Origin: Octopus vulgaris
Taxonomy: Eukaryota
Direction: 5' to 3'
Assembly: GCA_951406725.2 (NCBI GenBank)
Contig: OX597821.1
Coordinates: 115,010,001 to 115,074,000 of the forward strand
Length of the DNA stretch: 64,000 bases
Shown here: positions 25,370 through 39,292 of the stretch, in pieces
Position numbering within the stretch: position 1 is the first letter of the stretch
How the letters are laid out: each line of letters begins with the position of its first letter
The notes under the pieces: model-generated
What the model was told of the DNA's origin: nothing
What the model saw: only the letters and a program-made list of their open reading frames with translations
Databases searched by the model: none
Made by a program: the position numbers and the translations under genes

Positions 25370-26117
25370 ATCTTTTCTACTCTAGGTACAAAGCCTGAAA
25401 TTTGGGGGAAGGGGTCCAGTCGATTAGATTGACCTCCAGTAAGCAACTGGTGCTTAATTTATTGACACTGAAAGGATGAAAGATAAAGCTGACCTTGGCG
25501 GAATTTGAACTCAGAATGTAAAGACAGATGGAATACTGCTAAGCATTTTGCCCAGCGTACTAACAATTCTGCCAGCTCACCACCCTCTATGATAATAATA
25601 ATAATAATAATAATAAAAGTAATAATAATCATTTCCGTTAAAGGCACAAGGCCTGAAATTTTTGGGGATGGGGCGGCCAGTCAATTAGACTGACCCCAGT
25701 AAGCAACTGGTACTTAATTTATCGACTCTGAAAGGATGAAAGATAAAGCTGACCTCAGCGGAATTTGAACTCAGAATGTAAAGACAGATGAAATACTGCT
25801 GAGCATTTTGCCCAGCGTGCTAACAATTCTGCCAGCTCACCACCCTCTATGATAATAATAAAAAAAAAAAAAATAATAATAATAATAAAAGCAATAATAA
25901 TCATTTCTGTTAAAGGCACAAGGCCCGAAAGTTTTGGGGATGGGGCCAGTCGTTTAGATTGACCCCAGTATGCAACTGGTACTTGATTTATCGACCCTGA
26001 AAGGATGGAAGGCAAAGTCAACTTCTGCAATATTTGAACTCAGAATGTAGCGATGGGCAAAATACCACATAGCATTTCATTCAGCGAACTAACGATTCTG
26101 CCATCTTGCCACCTTAA
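25370..26117 (-). mobile_element. tandem trimer of SINE family A with a ~260-bp local duplication
   Basis: 25441-25700 and 25701-25960 share the private variants agataaagctgacct and ctcaccaccctctatgat. Confidence 0.9.
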
Positions 26118-26406
26118 TGATGTTATTACTAATAACGAGAATATCTTAATGGAAAACAAAAAAAATATTGTAACAAATTTTTTGTTGTTTTCCCTCTTCT
26201 GACCTGTTCAACTTCAGTGATCAGAATATTGGTGATCTCTGTACATTGGTGATATCTTTATCATTGATATCTATCTGGCTGATTTTTGCGGAAGAACTCC
26301 CAAGAGTTATTGATTATTTTGAGACTATTTTATCAGCAAATTATTGACTCTATTTTTATATAATTTTACCTCTTTTCAACTAAAATACAAAAGAACTCAC
26401 TAACAA

Positions 26407-26968
26407 CTAATATATACACGTGTGTGTACATGTATGTGTGTGTATATGAATGTGTGTGTGTACATAAATGTGTATGTGTATATGAATGTGTATATGAATG
26501 TGTATGTGTATATGAATGTGTGTGTGTGTGTATATGAATATGTGTGTGTGTATATATGTGTGTGTGTATATGAATGTGTGTGTATATGAATGTGTGTACA
26601 TGTATGTATGTGTATATGAATGTGTGTGTGCATGAATGTGTGTACATGAATGCGTGTGTACATGAATGCGTGTGTACATGAATATGTGTACATGTGTGTG
26701 TATGAATGTGTGTGTGTGTATATGAATGTGTATGTGTACATGAATGTGTGGACATGTGTGTGTGTGTGTGTATATGAATGTGTATGTGTGTATGAATGTG
26801 TGTACATAAATATGTCTACATGAGTGTGTGTACATGAATGTGTGTATGTGTATATGAATGTGTGTATGAATATGTGTACATGAATGCGTGTACATGTGTG
26901 TGTATGTACATGAATATGTATACATGTGTGTGTGTGTGTACATATGAATATATGTATGTATACGTGTG
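26407..26968. repeat. compound (TG)n/atgaatgtgtgt minisatellite
   Basis: About 560 bp of degenerate tatgaatgtg / catgaatgtg units. Confidence 0.95.
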
Positions 26969-27879
26969 AAAGAAGAGAAAAACCCATTAATATATTAATG
27001 ATTTACTGAAATAGATCTTTATCGATTTATTGTTAACTTATCCTATTAATGGTTTAGACATGTGGTTCCTAGCATGAACCATTTAGCCATTCTTCTCCAT
27101 ATTCTTCTTTTTTAAATGTTATTCTTATGATCACAACACTAAATGCATTTTCAAATTTCAAACTGTTACATAATTTTGTTCTTCTCTTTTGTTAAAGTCT
27201 CATGTTTGATCCATTTAATATTTGCCATAATGTATTGGCTTTTGGTTATGGAACTCTTATTTTAAGCATTTCGATTTCAGATTAATTATTTTAATCATTT
27301 AAGGTGCGGCAATTAAAAGTATATGCTCGCGATTTTACCTGCTGTTTAATTACTATTAAGTATACAGCTGCATGTAATCTGTGTGATATTATTTGAAGGG
27401 TAGTTAACATGTGGTTAATTAACTTTAAGCTTTGAGACTAATCTTTTTTATATAAATGTACACATGTACACACAGGTACAACATCAATTTTCAGGAGCCT
27501 TTGGCTCTGATATCTTTCAGGATTACTGATCTTTCCAAGCCAAGGAAGGTCACTTTTAAATTAAGCAAATACGAAATTGACTTAAAAAATAAATAAAATG
27601 AAATACATTTATATTAATGTATTTTATCATTATTATTATTATTATCATCATCATCATCATCATCCTTTAATGACTGTTTTCCATGCTGGTATGAGTTGGG
27701 TGGTTTGATCAGAGCTGGAGAGCTACATCAGGGTACAGTCTGATTTCACATAGTTTCTACAGCTGGATGCCCTTCCTAATGCCAACCACTTTACAGAGTG
27801 TGTTGGGTGCTTTTAAAGTGGCACTGGTATGAGCTGATTTATATGGCACCAGCACAGGGCTCTTAGAGGCCAATCCTCT

Positions 27880-28066
27880 TCACCAGGGTGACCAGTCTTT
27901 ACTCTTCTGCTGTGGAGGACAGGCCTTCTTGAGTACAGGCCTTCTTGAGTACAGCAAGGTGCCAGGTATCTCGGGCATCTCATTTGAAAGGTTCAGCATC
28001 CTGAGGTCATCTTTCACTTCTTTGTCTCCTGTCTTCCTGGGTCTCTCTCTTCCACATGTACTGTGC
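27880..28066 (-). pseudogene. RTE-clade LINE 3' end fragment
   Basis: TCGRERPRKTGDKEVKDDLRMLNL resembles the RTE C-terminal GRPRKTW..V..DL motif. Confidence 0.65.
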
Positions 28067-28475
28067 AAGATACTGTGAAGCAGGGCTGCCCAGTAGACTA
28101 GATTGCAAAAATTTGGCTACAGAGAACTAATACCTTGCCTGGAAATTGGTGAGGACTGATGACAGGAAGAGCATCAGGTTATAGACAAATCTTTCTCAAT
28201 GAATTCCATCAGACCTATGCAAGCTTGGAAAAGTGGATGTTAAAAATGAGGATGATATATATATATATACCCATGCCGGTGGCATGTAAAAAGCACCCAC
28301 TACACTCTCAGAGTGGTTGGTGTTAGGAAGGGCATCCAGCTGTTGAAACTCTGCCAGATCAAGATTGGAACCTGATGTGGCTGTCTGGTTCACCAGCCCT
28401 CAGTCAAAATCGTCCAACCCATGCTAGCATGGAAAGCAGACGTTAAACGATGATGATGATTATATATATATATAT

Positions 28476-29678
28476 TTAGTCATCCTATAAATAATGTGGT
28501 TATTTTGAAATTGCATGAACTAAAAGTTGGAGGGGGATGGGATAAACTACCTGTATCAACTTATTATGAAAGCTGGTAATAATTTTACCTTGCCCTTATT
28601 CTTAGTACATATTTTGAAGAATGCAGTCTGATTTTAAAAGTTATTTTTTCAAAGCCATAATGGAAGTGACAAAGGAGCATATTCAGCATATTTTTCTTTA
28701 TGAGTTCAATAAAGGCAACAACGCAGTGGAAAGTGTGAGGAATATTAATGCAGTATTTGGGGATCAGACAATAAGCATAAGCCAGTGTCAACAGTGGTTC
28801 CAGAAATTCCGAGCCAGAAACTACAGCCTAGAAGACGAGCCTCATCCTGAAAGATCTGTAGAGCTCAATGAGGACGTCCTGCAAACCCTGGTGGAATAAA
28901 ATCTCATCATAACTGTTGAGGAACTCGTAGAGAAGCTTGGGTTTGGTCATTCAACCATTCATCAACAAAGTCAGCAAATCGGGTCAGTACGTTCCTCAGA
29001 AACTTTGCGAGTCTAATCATGTGCAGAGCGTTAATGTGTGCTCTTTTTTGCTGTCACATCTCATGAATGAATCTTTTTTGGACTGCTAACAAGAAATGGG
29101 TTCTCTATAAAAATATTGAGTGCTGAAGACAGTGGGTAGGGAAAGGAGAAACATTGGCAGTCCAGGCTAAAGAAGGTCTTCACCCACGTAAGGGGCTCTT
29201 ATCTGTTTGGTGGGATATGAAAGGTTTAGTCCACTTTGAACTTTTAAACCCAAACCAAACAATAACAAAGGAGATCCGCTGTGAGCAGTTTGAGCAGCTT
29301 AAGTCAGTGCTAGAAGAAAACTGACCATCTTTGGTTTCAAGACAAAAGGTGTTCTTCCATCAGGATAATGTTCAGCCTCATACAGCAAGGATGACATTCC
29401 AAAGGCTGAAGCAGTTTGAATGGGAAACGATGCCCCAGCCACGATATTTGCCAGACATTGCACCAACTGATTATCATTTATTCTGCAGTCTTCAAATCAT
29501 TTGGATGGAAAAAATATGAATTCTGAAGACGAGGTCAGAACAGTACTGGAGGAATATTTTTTGTCATGGACAAGTGAATTTGGAAGAGGGTCCTTGCAAG
29601 TCCAGCAGATGGATGGAAGAGCATTGTAGAAAATGGAGAGTATAAAAAAAAAAAACACATTATCTATGGAACAACTCA
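28476..29678 (+). mobile_element. mariner (DD34D-type) transposon, near full-length, inactivated
   Basis: N-terminal HTH MEVTKEHIQHIFLYEFNKG...WFQKFR...LEDEPH; WVPHEL-like YVPQKL at ~28988; catalytic HQDNVQPH...YLPDIAPTDYHLF; imperfect TIRs ttagtcatcctataaataatgtg / cacattatctatggaacaactca; in (TA)n; stops and frameshifts. Confidence 0.92.
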
Positions 29679-29712
<34 letters not shown>

Positions 29713-29977
29713 TTAATTTATGAGTTAACAAGACTACCAGTTGTTTTATGTTGGGAGAAATCTCTATTTAGTCTACCACTTGGGAATGTTGGTACTCCAA
29801 GATGGTGATGAGTACCATTCCCATTTGGCAGGTTTGGTAATTGTTGAAATTTCTCAACAATTGATACCCTTGTTATCAAACCATTGACAGCCTTGTTAAC
29901 CCACAAATAAAAGAATATTTCTCCACCGATATGGCATTGTGCACTCATTCTCACTTTTTGATATTAGCAATTATTGA

Positions 29978-30180
29978 AGATGGCAGAATCGTTAGCACAC
30001 CGGGTGACATGCTTAGCCACATTTTGCCCATCTTCATATTCTGAGTTCAAATTCTGCCGAGGTCAACTTTACCTTTCATCCTTTTGGGGTCAATAAAATA
30101 AATACCAGTTGCATACTGGGGTCAATATAATTGACTTGCTACTCTCCCAAAATTGCTGGCCTTGTACCAAAATTTAAAAG
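29978..30180 (+). mobile_element. SINE family A copy
   Basis: Family A head and Meta-like domain. Confidence 0.85.
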
Positions 30181-32422
30181 CTATACTAGCAATTACACAC
30201 ACGTGTGTGTGTGTGTGTGTGTGTGAAGTACTCTCCCCTTTCCATTTTGAAAAGAATTGTTATAAAGATTATCAAATTTGTGTTTTCTCATTATGAGTTT
30301 GATTAGAAAATTCTGTTTAGCTCATTACATTCTGTTAGCCTACACTTATTTCGAGGTCAGCGAGAGTCAGAGATAAAATTTAGACAATCAACTGGAAGGT
30401 TGCCACTTAATTAAGTTAGACAGCTGCATCTCTTCTAGTAATTAGATCGACCTAGTAATTAAAACAGTCAATAATTGATATTTATTGTATAAAGGTGGCA
30501 GGTAATGTAGAGCCAGAGGAAAGCTCTTGGTAGACATACTAAAATGGGACTTCAGTTCCTCCCTGATTATGTGGTTTCACTTCACATATCCCATTAATAA
30601 TGTCTTCAGGGGAGTTTATCAAACTTCCTATATCTTCTCTATTAAAATACAGCACGTTTATGATGGATTAAAAAAGATCCTATATTTATAATCATCATCA
30701 TTTAACATACGTTGTCCATGTTGGTCTGGGTTGGACAGTTTGACCAGAACTGGCAAGCACCCACTTTTCCAAAGCTTTCATGAATTGTATGGAATTTGTT
30801 GAGGCAAGTTTTCTATGGCAGATTCCTTTCCTGTTGCCAACCATTACCTGTTTCCAATCAAAGGTAATATTTGTCCATTATTGGACATGTTTACATAGAA
30901 TATTGGAAACAAACAACACTGCTTGTATGACAGTGACACTCATTTACAACTATTATGTGATGTCAAGACAAAGAAGCACAGACACATACTGGATCCAAGG
31001 AGGCATGAGGTGGGACTGAACTAGTAACTATGTGGTTGGGGAGCAAACTTCTTTACCCCACAGCCATACCTGCACCTAATTGTTTAAAATGTCTAATTCA
31101 GATTCTGTGACAATAATGATTAACCCTAGGCTGACCCGTGATCAAAAACATTCCAGCTGAGACCATCCTGACTTAGTAAGAGTTAGGGTTAACCCTAACC
31201 CTAATAAGACTGCATTATTCAATGTGTGATTTAGGAGACTTGGCTGCTATTTCTAGTTGGTCAAGCAACTACATAGAGGGTCACTTATTGATATGTAATT
31301 CATCTATTTTAAATCATATTGGTGCAGTAAGTCAGTCTCTGGAGATCACTGTCTCAAGCTCAAGGACTCAGTGGGTCAGTTACCCTGTTTTTATGGGGTT
31401 TAAAGTGATTGGTATCACAACATACCCCCCCTCCACACACCTCCTGAATGGGATTCCAGTCTGTCTCAGGGTCACTCATTTACAGCTGAAGCAATGTGAA
31501 GTGAAGTGGTTTGCTCAAGAACACAATAACCTGCCTGGTCCAGGAATAGAAATCTCAATCTTGCCATCATGAGTGCAGCACCTTAACCACCGGGTCACGC
31601 ACCTTTGTGGCACGGCATGAACAATCAGAGTTATAGACATGTTCTGAAGTAACACGGCAACAATGTGCGTATGTTTAACTTGCATTCTATCGGGGAAACT
31701 TACAAATGAAATATTCAACTGTCTTTTGTGAAAAAATATATTGTTTCTGGAATTTTCTTTACCTAACTTTCAAAAGAACATTATTCCTTTAATTATGGTA
31801 AATTCTTAGTTCATTTATTGCCTCAAAATATAACAAAACTATTTCTCTGCAACATTCAATTGCTTTTGAACAAAGTCAGAATCACTTTCTGAAATGTTTT
31901 GTGTTAAACGGATCCTTTGTACTTTGGATTGTACCATATTCTTCGGCACTTTGTATATTATAAAATTTTTATTATATTTTCTCATGTTATTTTAGAATCA
32001 TTTCTAAAAGACATGCATCATTCTGCACTTACTGCATGTTAAGGACTGAATGTTCTTTGAAAAGATTGTTTGGCACTTAAATCTTTTTTTTTTTTTTTTT
32101 CCTTTTTATTTTTTGTGCTTGAAGAATAACAAACAGCTGAGCAAGTTATTTGTTACAATCACTGCTTGGTTTCTTCAGGCAACCTTTTCTCAAATCCTTC
32201 TCATTTTTTTATTTTTAGTTACTCTCAGCTTTTTCTCTCCTCCATCATTTTATGCCATTGGTTTCATCTTCCATTCCTCTTAAACATCCTTGTTTCTCTC
32301 TCTCTCTCTCTCTTAAATTCATGTTCTTTCTTTCTTTTCATCTCTTTAAACCTTATCCCCTTAGCTTTTTTTTTATCAATTTTCCTTTTAATTCTTATTA
32401 TTGTTATTCAATGTTGTGGGGC

Positions 32423-32996
32423 CGGCTTGGCTCTGTGGTTGAGAAGCTTGCTTCTGAGTCATGGGATTTCTGGTTCAGTCCCATTGTGAAGCACATTGGG
32501 CAAGTGTCTGCTATTATAGCCTTGGGCTGACCAAAGCATTGTGGATAGATTTGGAAGACGGAAACTGCATGAAGCTTCTTGTGTGTATGTATGTGTGTGT
32601 TTTAATATATATATATAGGTTGCAGGCATGGCTGTGTGGTAAGAAGCTTGCTTACCAACCACTTGGTTCCTAGTTCAGTTCCACTGTGTGGAACCTTGGG
32701 CAAGTGTCTGCTACCATAGCCTCAAGCTGACCAAAGCTTTGTTAGTGGATTTGGTAGACGGAAACTGAAAGAAGCCCATCATATATATATATATATATTT
32801 GTGTGTCTGTGTTTGTCCCTCCACCATCATTTGACAACTGATGCTGGTGTGTTTATGGCCCTGTAACTTAACGGTTCAGCAAAAGAGACTGATAAAATAA
32901 ATACTAGGCTTACAAAGAATAAGTCCTGGGGTCGATTTGTTTGACTAAAGGCGGTGCTCCAGCATGGCTGCAGTCAAATGACTGAAGCAAATAAAA
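32423..32996 (+). mobile_element. two adjacent SINE family B copies
   Basis: Two successive ggc...gtgg..aagaagcttgctt heads; the second copy is full-length. Confidence 0.85.
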
Positions 32997-34054
32997 GAAA
33001 AAGAAAACAATAAAATGTACACACACACACACATGCATGCATGTAGTGTGTTTGTTTTCCTTCTTGTCTTCACATTGTGATAGTTGTAAATGAGTGTCAC
33101 TGTCATACAAGTGGGGTTGTTTATTTCCTTTCTTCTGTTTAACTATGGGGAAAATATTACCTTGCTTGGAAACAGGTGAGTGTTGGTGACAGGAAAGGCT
33201 TCCATCCATAAAAAATCTGCCTCAACAAATTTCCCTCTGACCCATGCAGGTATGGAAAACTGGTTGTTAAAACAACAATAATGAATGTCTTATTCCCCCC
33301 CCCCCCACCACCACCACTTATTTGACTTAATCTTTTCACCCCCCCCCATGCCAATCAAAATAATGTTTATCTTTATTTCTTTCTAATTTTTATTGTTTAT
33401 TTTTTAAAATTTTATTCCAATTTAACTTCTCTCCTCTATAATTAATTTATTTATTCGTTATATATCTTTCTTTTTTCTTTTACCTGATCTATCTTTGTCC
33501 AACTGTCAGCTTCTGTCTGTTCTTTTCTTTCTTCCTCTTTCTCTCCCCTTTTCTTTCTTTAATATTTTCTCCCCTCATTTCTCATCGGTAAATTTTTCTG
33601 TGAGATAGAAGCAGGATTCTCTCTTTTCTGTATTCCTTCTTCCTGCTGTTTCACTTGTTTTCTATCTTCCTTACCTGGCCTTATCCTCTCAACTCCCACA
33701 ATTTGTCAAACCTACATTTGCACCACTCGCATTTTCTCTTTTTCCCTTCCAGTTTGAAAATAATAATTACTTTTTGCACCATAAAACGGTTGGTTACACT
33801 TTAGCCATTAATAGTAATGTTATTGATTACATTTGTCTTGGAAAACTTCCCATCTGATCTAGACGCACCAGTTCTTTAGTTTGAAGTCATATTGCTAGCT
33901 TTATCAATAGGGTTAGAATTAGAAATAAAATTTTATCACCAATATTAATGTCTCAGTTGATTTTTAATGGAAAATGCTTTTAGTGATTCATTTCAGTTCC
34001 ATGGCATTTACAGGACTTGGTCCTCTTAACTCTTTTCAGTTTATTCTATATTGA

Positions 34055-34386
34055 TGAAGAATTCTGTACATTATTTACTTTATTTACATTTGATGGATAT
34101 GTGTTCTCATCTTGTTTGTTGTTACCATAACGTTTCGGCTGATTTACTCTCCAGCCTTCATCAGGTGTCCTGGTTGAGTTTTGAACCCAACCCTGGGTTC
34201 TCTTTGCTAAGGTATTTTTTTGCTGATGTTATTACTATCATTATTTATTCAAGGTATTCTTAACCACTGCGCTATATGCCCGTGGGCATATTCCACCAGG
34301 ACACCTGATGATGGCTGGAGAGTAAATCAGCTGAAACGTGGTAACAACAAACAAGATGAGGATGCGTATCTGTCCAATGTAAATAG
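34055..34386. mobile_element. family D (diverged subfamily) head-to-head inverted dimer with an HHR core on each strand
   Basis: Centre atatgcccg|tgggcatat (~34282). Minus 34169-34124: gacac-CTGATGA-a-GGCTG-gagagtaaat-CAGCC-GAAA-CG-TT. Plus 34300-34342: gacac-CTGATGA-t-GGCTG-gagagtaaat-CAGCT-GAAA-CG-TG. Confidence 0.85.
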
Positions 34387-34422
34387 TCTTTTCAGTTCAT
34401 TGAGACCCTTTTCTGTGTGATA

Positions 34423-34690
34423 TCATCATCATCTTCGTTTAACGTCCGCTTTCCATGCTAGCATGGGTTTCGACCCAGTCCGATGTGGCAGTGTTTCTAC
34501 AGCTGGATGCCCTTCCTAATGCCAGCCACTCCTTGAGTGTAGTTGGTGCTTTTTACGTGCCACCGGCACGGAGGCCAGTCGAGGTGGCGCTGGCAACGGC
34601 CACGTTTGGATGGTTCTTTTACGTGCCACCGGCACTGGTATCACAACTACAATTTCCATTGATTTTTGATCAATTTCGATTTCGCTTTCA
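34423..34690 (-). mobile_element. SINE-like family C copy
   Basis: (CAT)n followed by tttaacgtccgctttccatgctagcatggg... Confidence 0.85.
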
Positions 34691-35745
34691 TATCTTAGAG
34701 ATTTTTCAATAACCCAACAGAATCTAATCTTTAACAAGTGATAAGACTTTGGCAAAATTCAGAATTAATTCTTTGTCATCCCTGTCATTGTTTAGCATCC
34801 ATGTTTACATGGGTCAGCCAAAATTTGTCGAAGTGGATTTTCTATATTGCTGGATACTCTTCCTGTTGCAAACCCTCACTTGTTTCCAAACAAGGCAATA
34901 TCCCCACTGCCTCCATGGCCAGACCTGTCTCAGAAGATTAGAAATGAAGGGTACCACTTTCCTGGTGATGATACTTGCTTCCAGATATCCATGCGATATC
35001 AAGGCAAGGACACATGAACACACACACACATACATGATGGGCTTCTTTCAGTTTCCCTATTCTAAATCCATTCACAAAGCCTTGCTTGCCCCAAGGCCAT
35101 AGTAGAAGACACTTACCCAAACTACCACACAGTGGAAAGGAACCTGAAACCATGTGGTTGGAGATGAAGCTTCTTACCACACAGCTGTTCCTGTTAGTAA
35201 GTTCTTAAACATTTAGACCAAAATTCTTTAATATGCAACCTCATAATCTGACTTTATCATCGTTACGAAATGTACATTGATAGACAAATGGAATTAAGAT
35301 GGTAGATTTAAGTGTCTTATATCCAACGATACAAGATGACTGGGTGTATAGTGGTTTTAGAATAGGACATGTATCATTGCATGTTGTGAAAGACAAAAGG
35401 ATTGGCATTTGGAAGGGCATCTGGTCATAAGAGTTAACGAAAGTGGTGGATGTAAAGGAAAGAGAATCAGTGATGAGACCTATCTTTCTGCATTTCGAGT
35501 AAGCTCTGAGTCTTGTATATTAACCTCTCTGGGTCTGAATAGCAATAAAATACCCTCCGTTTTGTCTTTTTGGCATCACATGTTGTCTGCTTTAAGACTT
35601 CCCCTTAACACTGGGTACTGTTAGCAGAATTCATTCTGGTACCAGAACACTAGCATGGCATGGCATGGCTGGTTTTTATCAAGATCTCTTGAGGTGTCTA
35701 TTCCTATAACACTTTTCTTTTAAGTGGTGTCACTTTTGTCAGTGG

Positions 35746-35792
<47 letters not shown>

Positions 35793-36059
35793 CACACATA
35801 TACATGTCCCACTCTCATATATATATATAACTGTACTTGTATACATACATTTCTCTCTATATATGTACACATATATACATACATGTCTGTGTGTGTGTAT
35901 GTATATTTATATATATATATATATATATAAACACACATACACACACATATGCAGACACACGCACATCTATATGTATAAATTTATCCATATGCATATATAC
36001 AGATGTACATGTAGACATATGTGAACATAGTGACATGAACACATACAAACGTACATATA

Positions 36060-37431
36060 CGAGGTGGTATCAAATAGTTCCCTAACTAGTTCTGTAGTGT
36101 GCCAACAGATGGCAGCACATGGCTGTGTGCGCAATGAGAGCCAGCCGTGACCTTCATGAGGCAGGGTGCTGAGTGAAGTCACTGTGTTTATTTTCCAAGT
36201 TGTGAAATTTGTGTTTTTGTCACTGCATGTATGTTGTAGTCTGCAATTTTGTCATGGGCAGGAAGCTGGGTCAAAAAGGCAACATGAAATTTTGCTTTAA
36301 ACCTGGGAAGCTTATTGTAAAATTAACATCATCGGTGATGAGAGTTGGGTCTACAGGTATGACCCTGAGATGAAGCAGCAGTTGTTTCAATGGAAGGGCC
36401 CTTCATCTTTACGACTGAAGAAGGCATGACAGAGCTGCAGCTCATGAGCTCATCATTTTTATATATATAATGAAATAATTGTATACAGTGCTCAGGTGCA
36501 CCACAACCTGCCAAAAGTGCATATAAAGCATATGCAGTAATGTATAAATGTCTGGAAAGTGAACAGTGTATGAGTCTGGTACATGCTTGCTTGTGTATGG
36601 AGGGGAGAAAATAAGGTGTAGTGTTGGCGAATCTCGGGAAGCATGGAAGTTTTGAAGGATGCAGTGCTCCGACAACTAACAACTGATGCTGGCAGTTTGT
36701 TCCATGCTTCAGCAACTCTTAGCGTGAAATATGTTTCCGAAAGTCATGGGAGCTGTGCTGTTTTCTGACTTTGTAAACATGTCCACGGGTGTTAGACAGG
36801 TGGAGTTTGAAAAGGTGCTCAGAGTTATTGTTTGTAGGATGGTTAATAATTTTATGAGTGTCTACCAAGTCAGCTGCCAGATGTTGGAGTTTCAATGTAT
36901 CCATGCCCAGGGAAGTTAGGCATTCCTTACTTTCCTTTTTGTTTTGACATCTGCAGTATCGTGCATCAAGAATTCATCCACCAGGGCCAGACCATCAATC
37001 GAGATTTCTACTGTGACATTTTTAAGTGTTTGAAGGAGGATATTTGGTGAAAGCAACCAGATCTGTGGAGCATGAAGAATTAGATTCTTCACTAAGCTCT
37101 TCTTACTTGTGAGTGTCTCGCCAAAAACATGGTATTACTTCTCTCCTGTTTGCCAGATTTAGCACCTGTGGACTTCCATCTCTTCCCCAAGGTGAAAATG
37201 CAGCTCAAAGGTCACCATTTTAAAAACTTTTGTTGAGATCAAGAGCAAATTGCAGAAGGTCGTCTACACACTTATGGAAAATAACTTCCAGGTCAGATTC
37301 CAAAAGTGGTAGCAATGCTGGGACAGGTGTATTGCTGTGCAAGGTGACTATTTCGAAGGAAATGCTGTTAAAATTTGGGTAAATTTTTTATAGAAATATA
37401 ACTAGTCCAGAAACATTTTTATACCACCTCG
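36060..37431 (+). mobile_element. second mariner-type transposon (TA|CGAGG TIRs), inactivated and interrupted
   Basis: TIRs cgaggtggtatcaaatagtt...aactagt / actagt...aacatttttataccacctcg; motifs IIGDESWVYRYDPE (~36327-36370) and PDLAPVDFHLFP (~37153-37190). Confidence 0.88.
36469..36922 (-). pseudogene. CR1/L2/Jockey-group LINE 3' fragment nested in the mariner
   Basis: ORF 36719-36904(-) ...DLVDTHKII...LF...SNTRGHVYKV...R (TRGH C-terminal motif) plus a 3' UTR ending at a (TA)n tract. Confidence 0.75.
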
Positions 37432-38097
37432 TTTGTAAATATATTAGCATAACCAGACACACATGCATGCAAAAAACATATTTGCAAATAAACACTCAGT
37501 TATATATATATACATAAATGCAAAGACACATCTTCGCAGACACCCTGTACACACATACATATATACACAGGGAAGGGGAAATGGCATAATTTCATACTGT
37601 GTAGAAATAGATAAAAATTAAATTAGAGCCTCATAAATTTATTATGCAATTTGTAGACTATGTTCGTCATTGCGGTTGTTATTGATGGTTACATGTTTTT
37701 TAAGACTCTTGATATGCATATGTACACATGCACACACACAAATATGCGTAAGTGCATACAGACACGTGTGTGCAAGTATGTACACACATACACATGTGCA
37801 TATATACACAATTCTTAATGTTAAGATATCCATACTGTATAGTCCTTACTGACATCTTCATCAAAGCTTACACACACACACACACACACACACACAAGCA
37901 TATATACGAATACATGCCAGCTTACATATATGCATGGAATATGCACATTTATACACATATCTACATACCTACAAATACAAGTACACAGACTCAGCTCTAT
38001 AATCATGTGTGTACACACGCACGCATACATATATTTGTATCTATGTGTATACATATGTATATGGACATGTGCATAGACATGTGTGTATATACATACA

Positions 38098-38177
38098 TAA
38101 GGTGTGGCAAAAAAATCCCGCCTAAATTTTCTATTCTTGATAAATGAGAATCTGGGAATTTTTTTGACTACCCTCTA
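38098..38177. mobile_element. tiny Tc1/mariner-like MITE remnant
   Basis: taaggtgtggcaaaaaaatccc compared with the reverse complement of the right end, tagagggtagtcaaaaaaattccc. Confidence 0.5.
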
Positions 38178-39292
38178 CATGTATGTATGCACGTATGTAT
38201 GTATGTATGTATGTATGTATGTATGTATGTATGTATGTATGTATGTATGTATGTATGTATATGCATGTGTGTGCACAAATATATATATATATTTATATAT
38301 ATATGTAGAACAGAGCAGTTGTCATATTCCCTTGTGTATTGGCTAACTCTGATGAGCATAATGTTATATAATCAGTTTGTTACCTAACGCTCCATTGTAT
38401 TCTTTATGCAAAACTGATTGGTAAGACCATCCATGATGGTTATTTAATACCATACATTTCAGGTGACCCAGCAATGGCGGTGCCCCAGCATGGCCACAGC
38501 TCATTAGCTGAAACTGGAAAAATCAAAAATCAAAATCAAAATCATATGCTAATACTTATATATACATAGATGTGCACACACAGAAACAGAAAATGAGGAG
38601 AGTTATTTAAAACTTCAAAGTGCTAAATCCAATGAGGCCAGTGACAGGAGACAGAACCAAACTCAAACCACAAAGATTCAAAAATGACACCTCCAGGCCA
38701 CATTGAAAACTGCAAATTCTGCCATTCCATTGCCTATAGAAAAATATAACTTTATAAGGTTATGAATTTACAAGAGTGCTATGAACTTTTAAAAAATACC
38801 TTTATTTAATTATAAAAGGTTAAGAAATTATTTTTTATCTAGAAAACCAACAAAACTAAGAATGAAAATATTTAAAATTAAAAATTAATATACAAAATAT
38901 ATAAATATAAACAGGTTCAGCAACATGGGTCTATCTCTGGTTCTTGTTGAATGCAGTAAGTTCCATTCAAGTGGTGGCAGTGGAGGTTTCAAATTCCATA
39001 GGTGTTTTCCAAAGTGTCTGCACTTACTGAATGACTCAGATTTTATACTCAAGTAAGTTCTAGATGTCTCTAATTTCAGAAGGATGAGGTTGATAGATAA
39101 TAACTTCATATATTATAGGTTCGTAAGATACTGCTTCTGCTTTGAGGATATTTTAAATCGATGGGTGGTCGGTTTCTACATGGAAATTTTGCTTTTAGCA
39201 TCATGAGGAAAAGTTGGATTGATGGTGAAGTTGTGGCTGGTTTTAATGTGAATCCTATCAAAACATTTTCTATATTTCTTTATCAATAAAGG

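Noticed and set aside
26366-26987. His/Thr/Tyr-rich ORFs up to 195 aa (also 2.7-3.1, 11.2-11.6 and 37.6-38.4 kb)
   Set aside because: Translations of (CA/TG)n-type minisatellites
31182-31204. Inverted telomeric motif ttagggttaaccctaaccctaa
   Set aside because: Only about 3 units; too short to call an interstitial telomere or fusion site
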